From NCBI RefSeq assembly GCF_006345805.1, contig NW_021832548.1, forward strand, positions 1 through 64,000: DNA of 64,000 nt. The letters run 5' to 3'. The DNA comes from Octopus sinensis. Lineage: Eukaryota. The notes beneath the pieces are model-generated. The model saw only the letters and a program-made list of their open reading frames with translations. It searched no databases and was not told the origin of the DNA. Below, piece after piece: positions 1-13,020 of this stretch (its first letter is position 1; each line of letters opens with the position of its first letter). The position numbers and the translations under genes are program-made.

Positions 1-59
1 TTTTCAATTTTTATCAAAACATAATCTTTCCAGCACTTTATTCACGTGGTCTAAACGCC

Positions 60-1900
60 ATAACGGCACATTCCGTTGGCGTAAAACACGTGTTAACGAG
101 TTTCCTAGCAAGGGTGGGGTGCTGGTCCATTTCAACCAGTTCGAAAGCTTTTGACAAGGTTGACCATCGGTATCCGGTGTTGTCCTCACAGCATTTGGGG
201 TCGGCCCCGTCTTTAGAGGGTGGATCATTGCTTTATACAGTAACATTGACTCCATCGTTCGGGCGAACGGGTTCTTCTTGAAGCCGTTCAACATCAAGCA
301 CTCTGTTCGTCAAGGTGTCCTCTCTCCCCACTTCTGTATGTATTGGCTCGAGAGTTCTTGCTGCGGAAGTTGGAGAGATTAAAGTGCGTCCCACGAGATC
401 TAGTTGCAGTGGGAAGGTTTTTCGGCGTATGCGAATGACATCACCATCATAGTGTCCGAAATGGTACACCTACAGAGGGTAGGCAACGCCATTAAAGGCT
501 ATGAGGCAGGAGCAAAGTTAACTGGAATAAGTCAGTCGGCTTGCAACTCGGCACCTGGCAAGGCAAGACGATACCTCCCAATAACGTCGTAGGGCGTTGG
601 ACGGAGGGGCTGGTTAAATGCTAGGGGTTTAGTTTTGTCCAGATCTCCAGATAAGAAGGAGCGAGGTGACGAGCAGGTGATCCAGCTAACTCAGTTAGGT
701 CTGAGTGGCGGCTTTAGGGTCGCAGTTGTGTTTATCGCTTCTGTGATTACCTACCACCTAACCGTCGTGCCTTGCCCCCCGTTCGTGGCTGATCAATTTA
801 GAGGGGCTGCTCTTTTCCGTTTTTTTTTTGTGGAGTCGAAGTCCTCTTGTAAAGCGCTCTGTCTGCTGCCAGCACCTGCTAAATGGTGGGCAAGGGATGT
901 CTTGGCTGTTGATGCGCAGACGTGCGCTGATGCTGAGGAATCTGTGTCTCTACCTGGATAGTGAACAGGTGTGGTCTCCGTCCGGTCGGTTGTTATTTAC
1001 TAACTTACTAGTTTGGGTGAACTAGGACCTTGGGTCAGTGTAGACGAAAGTTGAGTGCTTGGCACGAAGTGTTGTGAAGCACTCAAGCTTCTCTGTCACA
1101 TGGGCAACGCCAGCGGAGGGGGTTCCACCTCGTATTTTTATTGAGGGTTGGTTGAGGTTCAGTGTGACGACGATGTTGGGGAAGACTAGGCTTTGATGAT
1201 GGCCAACTGGCCTGCCTGTTCCGAGGACATTTGGGCCAGGACCCCTGGATAACTTCCCAAAGATTCCCGCCTGGCAGGGTTATTGAGGAGCCTTACCAAT
1301 TCGCGATAAACTCGCAAAGCATGGCGCACCTTGCGCACTCCGCGCGCCCAAGATGCGAGCAGGACAGGGAAACTGTTCTGCACGCGATTGTGCAATGACC
1401 CAAAATTTCCGAAATGTGGGTTTACCTTGTAAACCAGCTGCTGACAAGCTGGGAAGAGTACAACTGTCTTTCGAGTCGATTATATAGATTGTTCCTGCTT
1501 CCTCTTTTAAACAAGAAGGCATGGCTCGTTTTCTCATTGTGGTCGCTATACCGAAAGAAGTAGTATGGAAGACCCACGTGAAAAGAATCGTGAGAGGCAT
1601 CTTCATCTCCAGCCTTGACTGGTTAATTTCCTCATCTAATACCATCTTAAGAGAAAAATAAGGGTGGAGATAAAATGCCTGTCACCTGAATGTATACGGA
1701 AAACGATGGAAGGTTGTAGCGAGTTTGTTGAGAATGAAGAATCCGCATAGTATATCAATAAGATTATACAAAAAGGTTACAATGGTGGCATGGGGCTTGC
1801 GGGGTCGAAGCAAACCCGTCCCCACTTCATTGTATGGTTATTGTTTGGTATCATCCTATTTATAAAAATTCTTAACGTAAATTTTTAACTATTCATCTAT
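60..1900 (+). mobile_element. Tx1/L1-clade LINE, degenerate ORF2 3' half (RT to C-terminal zinc knuckle)
   Basis: SKAFDKVDH, SVRQGCPLSP and AYANDIT (YADD-like) motifs plus a CPRC..ETVLHA knuckle; many frameshifts. Confidence 0.85.
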
Positions 1901-1916
1901 TCTAAAACATCATTTT

Positions 1917-3170
1917 TTAATCCACTCCTCCCTCATTTGTATCGTCCCCTCTATGTTTGGCCCCTGTGGGCAATAAATAGTCGTTCTTGTTCTTTGAGTT
2001 GCTGCTGGTGACTGCAGGAGGATGGTGGGACAGCGTAGGCAGGGTGGGATTAGGGTAAGAATTCACATTTTCGCCTTGATGTCTCTTCTTTTTCTTTCCC
2101 CATTCTTCAGTTTCTTTGGTGCCGTATTCCATCCATGTTTCTCTTCTGCCACCTGATTATCTCTCCTCCTTCTCCAGTTTCTTTTTTGCTCACACATGAC
2201 ATCGCAAGCGGTGGGGTGCGGTTTCTTTCGTTGGTTCCTTGCGCCAGGTGGAGTGTATCCTGTTTTATGTGCATTTTGACCGCATTTAAAGCACAGTGAG
2301 TCCTGCTCTCCACTAAGACTCTCAGCTTTATATCCTCTCCAAATGTGATGGTTTCTAAACCATCTTCTCTGAATCTCCCCGGCGGCCTGGACTATCATTT
2401 CCAGTGCCAATTTCTTTGTGGTACACTTTTGGCCTGGAAGCTCACAATCTTATCTCTGCCATTTCCAACGGGATGGCAGCAACCAGCCAGGCTACACCCC
2501 CACCTAAGGAGGGATCTCTCTCTTCTATACCCTTACCCAGAAGCACGCCTTTCGCAGTAAATGGTTAGAAAGACCACTTCACCCGTTTTGAAGGGAGTCA
2601 CGCCATGCTACCTGGCTCAAGCCTTCGACGCAAAACGCACCTACCCCGTTGCATATCTTCTGCTTCTGGCAAGTTAATTCACTTCCTTCCATATTCACTT
2701 CCTTCACTCCTCTATGCCTTTTCAACCTGTGTTGTGGTGTGCGACCGTGTGTTCGCTGCAATTACAAACCGTAAGTTCTGCACAGTACGTTCTTCTTTTA
2801 ACTCGTTCCCTTCCCTTCACTGGAAAGGGACACATTTACATCGTTCCCCTCAATTTCAAAGATTTCCTTGAATTGATTCAATTCTTCCAAGCATACGTCC
2901 TCACATTTATCTTAACCCGCCTTGAGTTCTCTTGGCCTCCATCGCCTCGTCAATCTTTTTCCAACTTTTAACAAGATCCTCCTCGGACGACAAGTCTGAG
3001 GATCTAACCTTTTCAGTTCTCGATCTCCATTACCGCGCGCCTCCCCTTTCAAAAAAGGAGGAAAGCGTCAACAAAGCCGCCTGAGGCAGCAAAACGATGT
3101 GCCGTTGGACACAAACAGTCAAACACAGTGAAACCAATTCAAATCACAGAAAATCAAGATGTTAACTAGC
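1917..3170 (-). mobile_element. Tx1/L1-clade LINE ORF1 and 5' region, degenerate
   Basis: CFKCGQNAHK zinc-knuckle remnant and a basic C-terminal tail; mirrored at 54290-55530. Confidence 0.7.
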
Positions 3171-4039
3171 CTGCAAATGAAATAACAACTCTGCTACTAC
3201 TGACTGACCAAACAACAAATGATTGATGACTTTATAGTGGCTGAGTCATACCACTTTGCCACGTGGGACGGGATGCACCATTTCTCTACGACTGTGTGTA
3301 TAGTGTGTGCGTGCGTGTATGCATGTGTGTGTGCGTGTGCGTGCGTTCCTGTGTGCATACGTGTGTACGTGCAAGCGTGCATGTGTATGTATGTATTTAT
3401 AAGAGAAAGTCCGCTTTTCCGTGCTGTACGGACCTTTTCACTACAATTTCCGCCATAAGGAGGACTTTATGCAAACCATGTCATATAGAGTGCATTTAAA
3501 GAATGCAGCTTCTTATATCAACTAAATGTCTCCAGAATCTTAAAAACAAATATATAAATTTGGTTAATCGAAATGATATACCTGTCAAGGATAAATATAA
3601 TTGTTAATATAACCGTCAGTGGATGTACAAATTTACTGGAAGGTGTAACTTAACCAGAAATATTGCTTCAGGAACGTTAAGGAACAAGAATATATAAAGA
3701 CGTTAAGGAAGATAACACAAAGAAAATTTGTTTACCTGTTATGTTGGTGAGTTGTAGAGTGCGTGATATCCTGTGTACAGAACATGAGACGCTTGAGTTA
3801 CCAATGTCCCCCTCTCTTATAAGGATTTTCTTAATTGACACTGCTGGAGATAAACACTTTCCATAAGGTCGAACATGCACTTGACTAACATTTATCCACA
3901 TCTGGTGATTTGTCTCATGACTCCATAAAAAGTCAGTAGCGCCAAAAGTGCACCGATGTATGCTGAACATCTGAAGATCGCTAACTTGTTTTACTTCAGC
4001 GGCGGGTTAAGAAATTCAGTTTCTTAATGAAAGATCTCA
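3150..4039 (-). pseudogene. DEG/ENaC/ASIC-like exon relics, left-arm copy
   Basis: Pyrimidine-rich acceptor at 4040-4041. Translation FGATDF...VRPYGKCLS...; PPYGGNC near 3450. Frameshifted relative to the right-arm copy. Confidence 0.6.
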
Positions 4040-4069
4040 CTGAAAAGAAAAAAAACAAAAACGAGTAGG

Positions 4070-4230
4070 CCAGGGAGTGGCTGTGTGGTAAGTAGCTTGC
4101 TAACCAACCCCATGGTTCGGGGTTCAGTCCCACTGCGTGGCATCTTTGGCAAGTGTCTTCTGCTATAGCCCCCGGCCGACTAATGCCTTGTGAGTGGATT
4201 GGTAGACGGAACTGAAAGAAGCCTGTCGTA

Positions 4231-4297
<67 letters not shown>

Positions 4298-4500
4298 GTG
4301 TGTTTTGGTCCCCCTATCATTGCTTGACAACCGATGCTGGTTTGGGTTTACGTCCCCATCACTTAGCGTTTCGGCAAAATAGACCGATAGAATAGGTACT
4401 GGGTTTACAAAGAATAAGTCCCGGGGTCGATTTGCTCGACTAAAGGCGGTGCTCCAGCATGGCCGCAGTCAAATGACTGAAATAAGTAAAAGAGAGAAAA
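4070..4500 (+). mobile_element. tRNA-derived SINE
   Basis: A-box-like TGGCTGTGTGGT, B-box-like GGTTCAGTCCC, internal microsatellite and a tail shared with many copies in the window. Confidence 0.85.
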
Positions 4501-4509
4501 GAAAGAGAG

Positions 4510-4880
4510 GGACTTAAGTGCATGCTGGACGGTACCTACACCAGAATATTACGTGCAGTGCCCAACATTTAATGGAGGGAGAACCCAACAAAACAAAGGT
4601 TATACGGGAATGTATCAACTTTCTCATCAATCATCTTAGAGCGGACGTTGGGTTTTGTTGACCATTGCTGGAGAAGTAAAGAAGAACTTGTTAGTAACGA
4701 GTTTGTTTGTGGCACCAAATCACGGTACCACAGCGACTGGAAGACTACGGAAGACATATATACAACAGCTTGCAGAAGATGTTGGATGCCAATTTGAAGG
4801 CCTAAAAATACTAATGGAAGATCGGGAGTGATGGAGAGAGGTAGTCATGCTGGCCTGGGCAATTGACCTGATTGGATGAA
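4510..4880 (+). mobile_element. RTE-clade LINE 3' end fragment
   Basis: LDGTYTRILRAV...CWRSKEELVS...GR.RKTYIQQL...DR..WREVV C-terminus; mirror at 51930-52300. Confidence 0.75.
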
Positions 4881-5387
4881 ACTTGTGTTCGATAGTGCAA
4901 TAGAAACACGCAATAGAAATAAAAATAATGATAATGGAATTGAATACGTGCAAAAAAAGAACGGAAGTAAAAATAGAACGAGTAAACTGACTCTCTTACA
5001 ACTCTAGGTTCTGAAGATCCTTCATTTGTTAAACATTTGTAGTATGTCGCATCCTCACAAGAGGGAGAAGGTTTCGAGCAGGTAATCACACCTATCTTAC
5101 TTATAGGTGATATAGGTGGAGTACAGTGAAAACCCTTCTCCTGGTTACTATCACAAAATTTCCTGTCTTCAATAGATAATCCATTTGAACAACAACTTCA
5201 CTGTGATTTCGCACGAGAAAAAACTGAATAAAATTTTTTATATCATATCGACATTTTATAGTTAAGAATGTTTTGTGTGCAAAATCAATATTTCTTGAAG
5301 GAAATACATCTGCAATCTCAATAACTGCATAGAAAAAAAAACATAAATCAGAGATAGATGTCATAAAAAATATATAAATGTAACTAT

Positions 5388-5433
5388 GGAAGAAGAAGAA
5401 GAAGAAGAAGAAGAAGAAGAAGAAGAAGAAGAA

Positions 5434-5489
<56 letters not shown>

Positions 5490-5575
5490 AGAAGAGAAAA
5501 AAGAAGAAGAAAGAAGAAGAAGAAGAAGAAGAAGAAGAAGAAGAAGAAGAAGAAGAAGAAGAAGAAGAAGAAGAA
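5388..5575 (+). repeat. Long (GAA)n microsatellite
   Basis: About 190 bp nearly pure GAA tract. Confidence 0.98.
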
Positions 5576-5894
5576 TGACAGAAGTAGGAAAAAGAGAACC
5601 CATAAAAATAACGGTTGTTGTGAATACGGATTACATCTATCCACAAATAAAACTTTGGAGATAGTTTTTGATATTTTGTATTATACTAACATACCCGTGT
5701 CGTCAAAATACCGACAGTTTTATTAATCATAGAAAATAGTTCATCAACACAATGAGAAAAACCTTTGATAGATGTCATCAATCTGGTAAATATGCACATA
5801 AATCTAACCTCTCAGTTGAAAATGACTTGATACATAAGTATGTATTTACGGACACATACACACACACACACACATATATACATATAAATATATG

Positions 5895-5948
<54 letters not shown>

Positions 5949-6175
5949 TATGCATACATTCATACATACATACATGTATATCATATATAGAAAGAGAGAG
6001 ACAGATTTATATATATAGATATATTGGTTGATACATCTATACATTAGTATATATGCATGCATATCTATGCATTTATTTATCGAAATCTTTCTGCCTCTCT
6101 CACTCTCCCTCTCTGTCTCTCTGTCTCTCTCTCTCTCTAGGAGTCACTGTAAGACGCTTACTTCCCCAGCATATA

Positions 6176-7430
6176 CGAGGGGCGCTCAGTAAGTAATGCC
6201 CCTGACCCACTTGCAGTTGTTTGGCCTTGCACTTATTTATGCATCTATAGATAAATGGCGCGAATTACAGCTCTGAACTTATTGTGGTTTCTGATTTACA
6301 GGTGTTTGAATTGAGTCAAGTGTGAAATGGAGCCTGTTGAGTGTCGAGCAGTGATTTGGTTTTTGTATTTGAAAGGACGCACACCACGGGAGACTTTTGA
6401 TGAAATGAACGTAACTTATGGTGATGATGCCCCATCATATGACCTTGTAAAACGCTGGCATTGTGAATTCAAACATAGTCGGAACTCTGTGGAAACAGCT
6501 CCCAGATCTGGTCGCCCCCCCTTCTGCCGTTGATGAGACGTCTGTCCGTCAAGTTGAGGATGCCATTTTGGAAGGTCAACGCATAACTATTTGCCAAATA
6601 GCCCATAAGGTCAAGATTAGTACCCGGTCTGTGGAAACTATCATTCATGACTATTTGCATATGCAAAAGGTGTCTGCCAGATGGATTTCCAGGTTGCTCA
6701 CACCTTTCCAGAAGCAAGAACGCGTTGAGTGCTCGAGGATGAATTTGGAGATGTGCCAAGAAGATGAGTCAAAATTTTTCAAAAGACTGATCACACAGGA
6801 TAAAACCTGGGTCAATCACTATGATCCAGAGACCAAAGCCCAGTCAATGCAGTGAAAGCACCGTGACTCACCTCCTCCAAAGGAGGCAAGGGGCAGCCAT
6901 CCGCTGACAAAGTTATGCTCACAGTCTTCTAGAACCAGGACGGAGTAGTGATGACAGATTTCCTGGCAAAGGGTACCACAATTACAGGAGCCTATTATGC
7001 TTCACTTTTGAGAAAATTAAGAGAAGCTATCAAAATCAAGAGGCGGGGCAAGATCAGCAAAGGCACCCTCCTCCTGCAGGACAACGCTCCGGTCCACAAC
7101 TCGCGTGTCGCCAGATCAGAAGCACAGGCGTGCAGCTATGAACTCCTCCCCTTGCACCCTCTGATTTTCACCTCTTCCCAGCCATGAAGTTGATTTTGAA
7201 AGGAAAGCGTTTCCCAGAAGATGCAGCCTTGATTTCTGAAGTCACGTCGTGGTTGGAGGACCAAGCTGGGGTCTTCTATAAAAACGGTCTCCAGAGATGT
7301 ATCAAACGATGGGAGAAATGCATAACTCTGGTTAGTTCCTATGTAGGAAAAGCCTAATAACTGTGCCAAGTGTCGTTGCTCTACTGCTATGGGAAGTGGG
7401 TCAGGGGCATTACTTATTGAACGCCCCTCG
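6176..7430 (+). mobile_element. Mariner (DD34D) DNA transposon, full length, defective
   Basis: TIRs CGAGGGGCG(C/T)TCA(G/A)TAAGTAATGCCCCTGACCCACTT with a TA duplication. Motifs ITQDKTWV, LLQDNAPVH and (DLAP)SDFHLF; frameshift and stop codons. Confidence 0.95.
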
Positions 7431-8524
7431 TAGCTGGGAAGCAAGTGTCTTAAATATTAGAATTTTTATCATTTGCCTTTTCTGAGCAGCCCTACAACAT
7501 GATAGAGGAAAGGGTAGTACAAATGCACATAGAGACAAAATATAAAAAAAAATTTAAATATTTTTATCAAATAATCTTGTTGTTAAAATAATTTATTCAA
7601 AATGGACTTTAAAAAGGCCACACTACAAAAAGTTAAGCAAAAAAATTCATTTTTTATAAAAGTAATTTATACTAAAGAAAATAAATAGAACACTTTGTAT
7701 TGATTTGTGTTTGTCGTTTATCTTTTGTTGTGTGTGCAACTAAGAAATAGTTTAGTTCATACATGTCTAGTCCCTTTAATATCACGCAAAAATTGATACA
7801 AATTTAAGAATTAAAATTAATAACTTTTTTCTAATGGATAACATTTTACGAAACCTTTACCAATATATTCTTTTAACATTTCCTTTCATATTAATATCAA
7901 TATAATAATTATTGATCAAAATTAAAAGAATGGTGTGGATTCAAAATGCCAATGTCGGGCTTTATTACCCGTCAGTCAACCAGTTTGGTCTATACGCTTT
8001 TTCTCTTTTGTTCTACTGCACCAGACTTTAAGTATTTTATGTCTAAATGTAGCTTATCACTAGTCAAACATAATTTTTAAAAACTAAATTTGATTTGGAT
8101 TAAAACTGAATTAGTGAGACTACTTGGAAGACGCCAACTGCAACAAAAAGCTACGTTAAGAATATTATTCAACTACTACCGTAGTGTACACATTTTTTAT
8201 GTGTATATACAAGTTCGAAAGAACATATGATGATATATGCTAAATTTTATAGGGTCTACAAGAAACATTCATATATGCAAAATTGTTCAAATTATATATA
8301 ATTATATATAATAATTGTTCTAATTTATTTATTCGTACTAATATAAACTTTAGTCTTAGTAAATAAGAAAGTAACACAAATTTACTTGGTTTATCAGAGG
8401 AGAATAGCATCATAAATCAATGTTTATTATATATTGATTGAAATGGTTCTTTTCTTGGTTTGATTTATAATAATATATTTGTACATTATTTAAGGAATAT
8501 TAAAACATATTTTCGCTGGTCTCC

Positions 8525-9480
8525 ATGGAGAAATTACCGATTCACTTATCTTTACAAGACTTTCCTATTCCACCTAGAAAGGATTTCATGAAGGATCTGA
8601 TTAATAAGACATTTGAATTCATTCATAGAATCCGTAGGGTGGCTTTTTACCATGAAAAGGATTTTATAACAGAAAATAACCCTCATAAAGAAGTTACTGA
8701 ACTTTTAAAAAGAACTTTCAGACGAAGAAATTTCCACCACCATACCACCATTTGGAGGCTTTTGAAGACGATTTATGGAATATTGTCAAGACTATTAAAT
8801 TTGTTAAATATTCCCTCTGAGAAATTGAACATTTAAAGAAACTAAATTCTCTACTATGTGATCTTAAAAGAAAAAAATGGAATTATGGAGCAATGAAACT
8901 TATATGATTAGGATCTATTAAAATATCATGAATAAATGAAGAAAGAGATTACTAGTAATTATAAAGTAGTAAGTAAAAAGTTTTAAGGTTCATTAACTTA
9001 GATGCTAAGAAAATTATGAATGACAAGGACATTGGTGATAGAACAGAGACTTTTGTATCTATGAGGCCTAGGATAACTTTAAAAGATCACAAGGAAAACA
9101 ATTTTTTTAATTCTGAAGTGAGAATAATTTTCCCAGGCCGATCTGACCTGAGTACATTAAGTAAAGATTTTCTTGATATGTGTATACTTAAGAAAAACAT
9201 ATAGTCAAGAAAAACATAAAACTTGAACTTTTGTCTAATACACAGGAAACTATTTATTGTTTGCTAGACTGGATAATAAAAATAGAAGTAAATTTATACA
9301 GATATATATTAATAACTATTATTCTTCTATTAATCCTGTTGTGCTTAATAATGCTTTTCATCTGCTAGAAAAAAATCTAACGTTATTTTAAAGAAATTAA
9401 AGTAAGTTTGGGAGTTCAAAAATCTATTATTTTAGTTGATAATAAGTCCTGGGCTAGAGAAAGTAGCAATGATTATTTGA
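8525..9480 (+). mobile_element. Penelope-like element, degenerate ORF N-terminus to RT start
   Basis: PIPPRKDFMKDLINKTFEFIHRIR..AF, EAFEDDLW and TLKDHKEN...RII.P motifs typical of Penelope/Poseidon ORFs; mirror at 48600-49560. Confidence 0.75.
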
Positions 9481-9594
9481 CATTACCATGGGATCTGCTG
9501 ATTCTGATCTATACATTCTATTTTATTTTAGTAATAAATTTCCAGATATTAAAGGTGGACTGTATAGAGATGTAATGCTGTTTTTGATTAATAG

Positions 9595-9960
9595 TGACAC
9601 CTTCAGCAAGTGTCTTCTACTATAGCCTCAAGCCGAGCAAAGCCTTGTGAGTGGATTTGGTAGACGGAAACTGAAAGAAGCCTGTTGCAAATATATGTAT
9701 ATATATGTCTATCTATGTATATATGTATATATATATCTGTCTGTGTATGTCTGTGTTTTTCTCCCCATCACCACTTGACAACTGGTGTTGATGTTTTTTA
9801 CATCTCCGTAACTTACGGGTGTGACAAAAGAGACCGATAGAATAAGTACCCAGGCTTAAATTATAAGTAATGGGGTCTATTCCAATCGATTAAATCTCAA
9901 GACGGTGCCCCAGCATGACTGCAGTCTAATGACTGAAATAAGTAAAAGACAAAAGATGAA
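9595..9960 (+). mobile_element. tRNA-derived SINE, 5' truncated
   Basis: Body and tail match the 4070 family; mirror at 48130-48490. Confidence 0.8.
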
Positions 9961-10019
9961 AGATATATATATAATACAGAGAGAGAGAGAGAGAGAGAGA
10001 GATGGATAGATAGATAGAT

Positions 10020-10050
<31 letters not shown>

Positions 10051-10326
10051 TGTTTCTTTATTAGCCACACAGGGCTGCACACAGACGGGACGGATTACAA
10101 AGTAGAGCTGTTCTTTATGGGGGGGGAGAAAAAATGGTGGGGTAGGTTTTCGATCAAAAGGGATCGTAAAAGGGAAAGAAAGAAAAATAACGATCAATAG
10201 GGATCGTGTATCACAGTAATGTCATGATGTAAAGTGTAAGGGGGAAAGTAAATAGGGTTTATCCGTGGAAAGAAAAGCCTTCGGAAAATACCACGGTAAC
10301 CTCGGTCAATAATGTTAAATGTTAAC

Positions 10327-10485
10327 ATTTATAGATAGAGGAAAGGGTAGTACAAATGTCAAACCATACACTTCAGCCTACAAACTTTTGCTAAAATACA
10401 TTCAAATATGCTTAAGTTAAATTCTTCATAATAAGGATGGATTTATGGTTTGACATTTGTACTACCCCTTCCTCTATCTATAAAT
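10327..10485. mobile_element. Short MITE-like foldback with 42 bp TIRs
   Basis: atttatagatagaggaaagggtagtacaaatgtcaaaccata and its reverse complement with 1 mismatch; mirror at ~42830-42990. Confidence 0.75.
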
Positions 10486-10951
10486 AGAAAATTCTTGTTT
10501 GTCTCCATTGAACCAAGATAAAAAAAACTCCCCACTCCCCACTGATAGATCTAAATAGAAAAGTGAACCCAGTGATAAGAAATCTACCGATGGAGAAGGA
10601 CAACTATCACCACGTTCTTAATGATGAAATTAACCTCTTTGTCTATATATCTACCTTCTTTGTAATGTTGGCAAATGAAATAAGTATAAATATGTTTATT
10701 GTCCATTTAATTAAAAAAAAACTTCTATATGTGGCTGAAGATTGCTCGACATTTAACAACTGACGTAATACTTACAATGTTTAATAAAATGAAGTAGCAT
10801 GAAAGAATTGTACTACACTACCTTGGATATCCTTGTTGCTTATTTTGATTATAATCACCCCATTTGATTTATATGGATAATACCATACCAAATTCTGGTG
10901 CCTTTAACTTAAGTACCATATTCATCTGGATCTAAATTTTGCTGAACTTTA

Positions 10952-11042
<91 letters not shown>

Positions 11043-11321
11043 GAATATGTTATAAAAAGAAAAGATAAAATACACGTGGAAATGTAAGGGTAAATATGAA
11101 AAATCTACGAAAATGCACATTGCAAATTAAAAAAAGGCTATTATGACAGGTAACGACAAATATATACATTTAGATTGACTGGGGTAGTAATACGAGTCAT
11201 AAAAGTCATTATTATGAGATGATTATAAGATGATAACAAAGTAAGAGAACAAAACGATCCATGGTTTTACGCAAAGCTACTCATCGTTTGAAAAACACCG
11301 GCTAATATCATATACATATAT

Positions 11322-11390
<69 letters not shown>

Positions 11391-11877
11391 CAGAAGACGA
11401 AGACAGCAGGTGTATTATTATCGGGATGAAAGCAAAAGCTTATGCTTTTCGACAGAAAGAATTAAGAGGAAAAAAAACGGAGAGAGAATGATGAAAACTG
11501 TGAAAGAATAAAGAAAATTGGGAAAGAAACGGAAGTGCAGAGAAAAATTGTCCAACATGGCGAGATGACCGGAAAATAGAGGTTGAATGAAAGTGAGATA
11601 ATAATAATAACGATAACGGTAATATCCAAGGATCTTAGGTGCACAAGCGCATGTGTGTTTGGGAGGACGGTGTCTGTGAATGTGTTTATGTGAATGGATG
11701 CTAGTGTGTGAGTGGGTTAGCTGAAAATTATGTGGACTTCTGTGTGTCAGTGTGTACATTATGTGAAGTGACATGCATTCCATGTACTGGTTGGTGAGTG
11801 TGTGCGTACGGATGTATGTATTTTTCTGCTCCCAGGGGCACGTTACTGATATTGTGAGAAAATTTAAGAGTCTAAAG

Positions 11878-12174
11878 AGAGTGCTTTTCAAACTTTTTGC
11901 TGGAGTGGAACCCCAAGGAAACATTCCAATGGCTCGAGGAACCCCTGTGCCATAATTTAATAGTCTTATGCACACATATCTGCACAGGAGAATTAAAAAT
12001 TACTGCCGATTTTAGCAGTTTTGTAACTTCTTGCGTTATTTAGTTCATTAGAAAATCTGAAAAATCTGGCTTTCAAAATGAAAAGATCCTAGCTGTTTTG
12101 TAACTTCTTGCGGAACCCCTGGACTGTACTGGTAGAACCCGAAGGTTCCGCGGAACCCTGGTTAAAAACCACTG
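11878..12174. mobile_element. hAT (Charlie-like) MITE
   Basis: CAGTG(C/G)TTTT-type TIRs and an 8 bp TSD GTCTAAAG on both sides; mirror at 41042-41260. Confidence 0.85.
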
Positions 12175-13020
12175 GTCTAAAGCCATCCCTGGAACATAGT
12201 ATCGTACGTTCGCAGTCAGGAGGAAATCAGTTGAAAAATACTGTTTTTATAAACTTTTACAAACACTGACAGAACGGGATATATATGTATGTAGTATGTA
12301 TGTATGTATGTATGTATGTATGTATGTATGTATGTATGTATGTATGTATTATGTAGTATGTATGTATGTATGTACGTACGTACGTACGTACGTACTTACG
12401 TACATATGTATGTATGTATGTGTAATGTATGTATGTATGTATGTATGTATGTATGTATGTAGTATGCATATATGTATGTATGTATGTATGTGTGTGTGTG
12501 TTCGTGTTTGTGTGTAAAATTAACCTAGTGTATGTGTTGTGTGGAGAAATGTGTGTTTTGTGTATTCCTCTGTATGTGTGTGTGTGTGTGTGCATATGGA
12601 CATGTGTGTGTGTGCATATGGACATGTGTGTGTGTGCATATGGACATGTGTGTGTGTGCATATGGACGTGTGTATATTTGTGAAGTTAACGTGTCTGTGT
12701 GCGCGTGTGTCTGTTGTGTTGCACGTATAGCCGTTCATGTGAGCTTATTCAGGTAGTGTGTGCACGTGTGTATGTGTGTGTGTGTGTGTGTGTGTGTTTA
12801 TCTGTAATCAAATAGCGTGCACATCTATAGTGTATTTTTGTGAGCGAATGTTATCCGTGTCAATGCGTGTAATGCGTGTTTATGCGTGTTGCGTGTGTAT
12901 CTATATATTCTCTGTGTTTGGATATTATGTGTTTGTGTGGGTGTGAGAGTGTGCATGATGGTGTGTGGTGTGTGTACTGAATTAAACAGTGTGTTGTGTT
13001 GTTCGTATTATGGTATTTGT

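Noticed and set aside
5101-6062. Long ORFs of poly-E/R/S/F/L or YI repeats
   Set aside because: They are translations of GAA and TA microsatellites. The same applies to the many YIYI, HTHT, MYVC and LSIY ORFs across the window.
12560-12680. CRISPR-like or functional repeat array
   Set aside because: 22 bp head-to-tail units with no unique spacers, derived from GT microsatellite, in a eukaryotic context.
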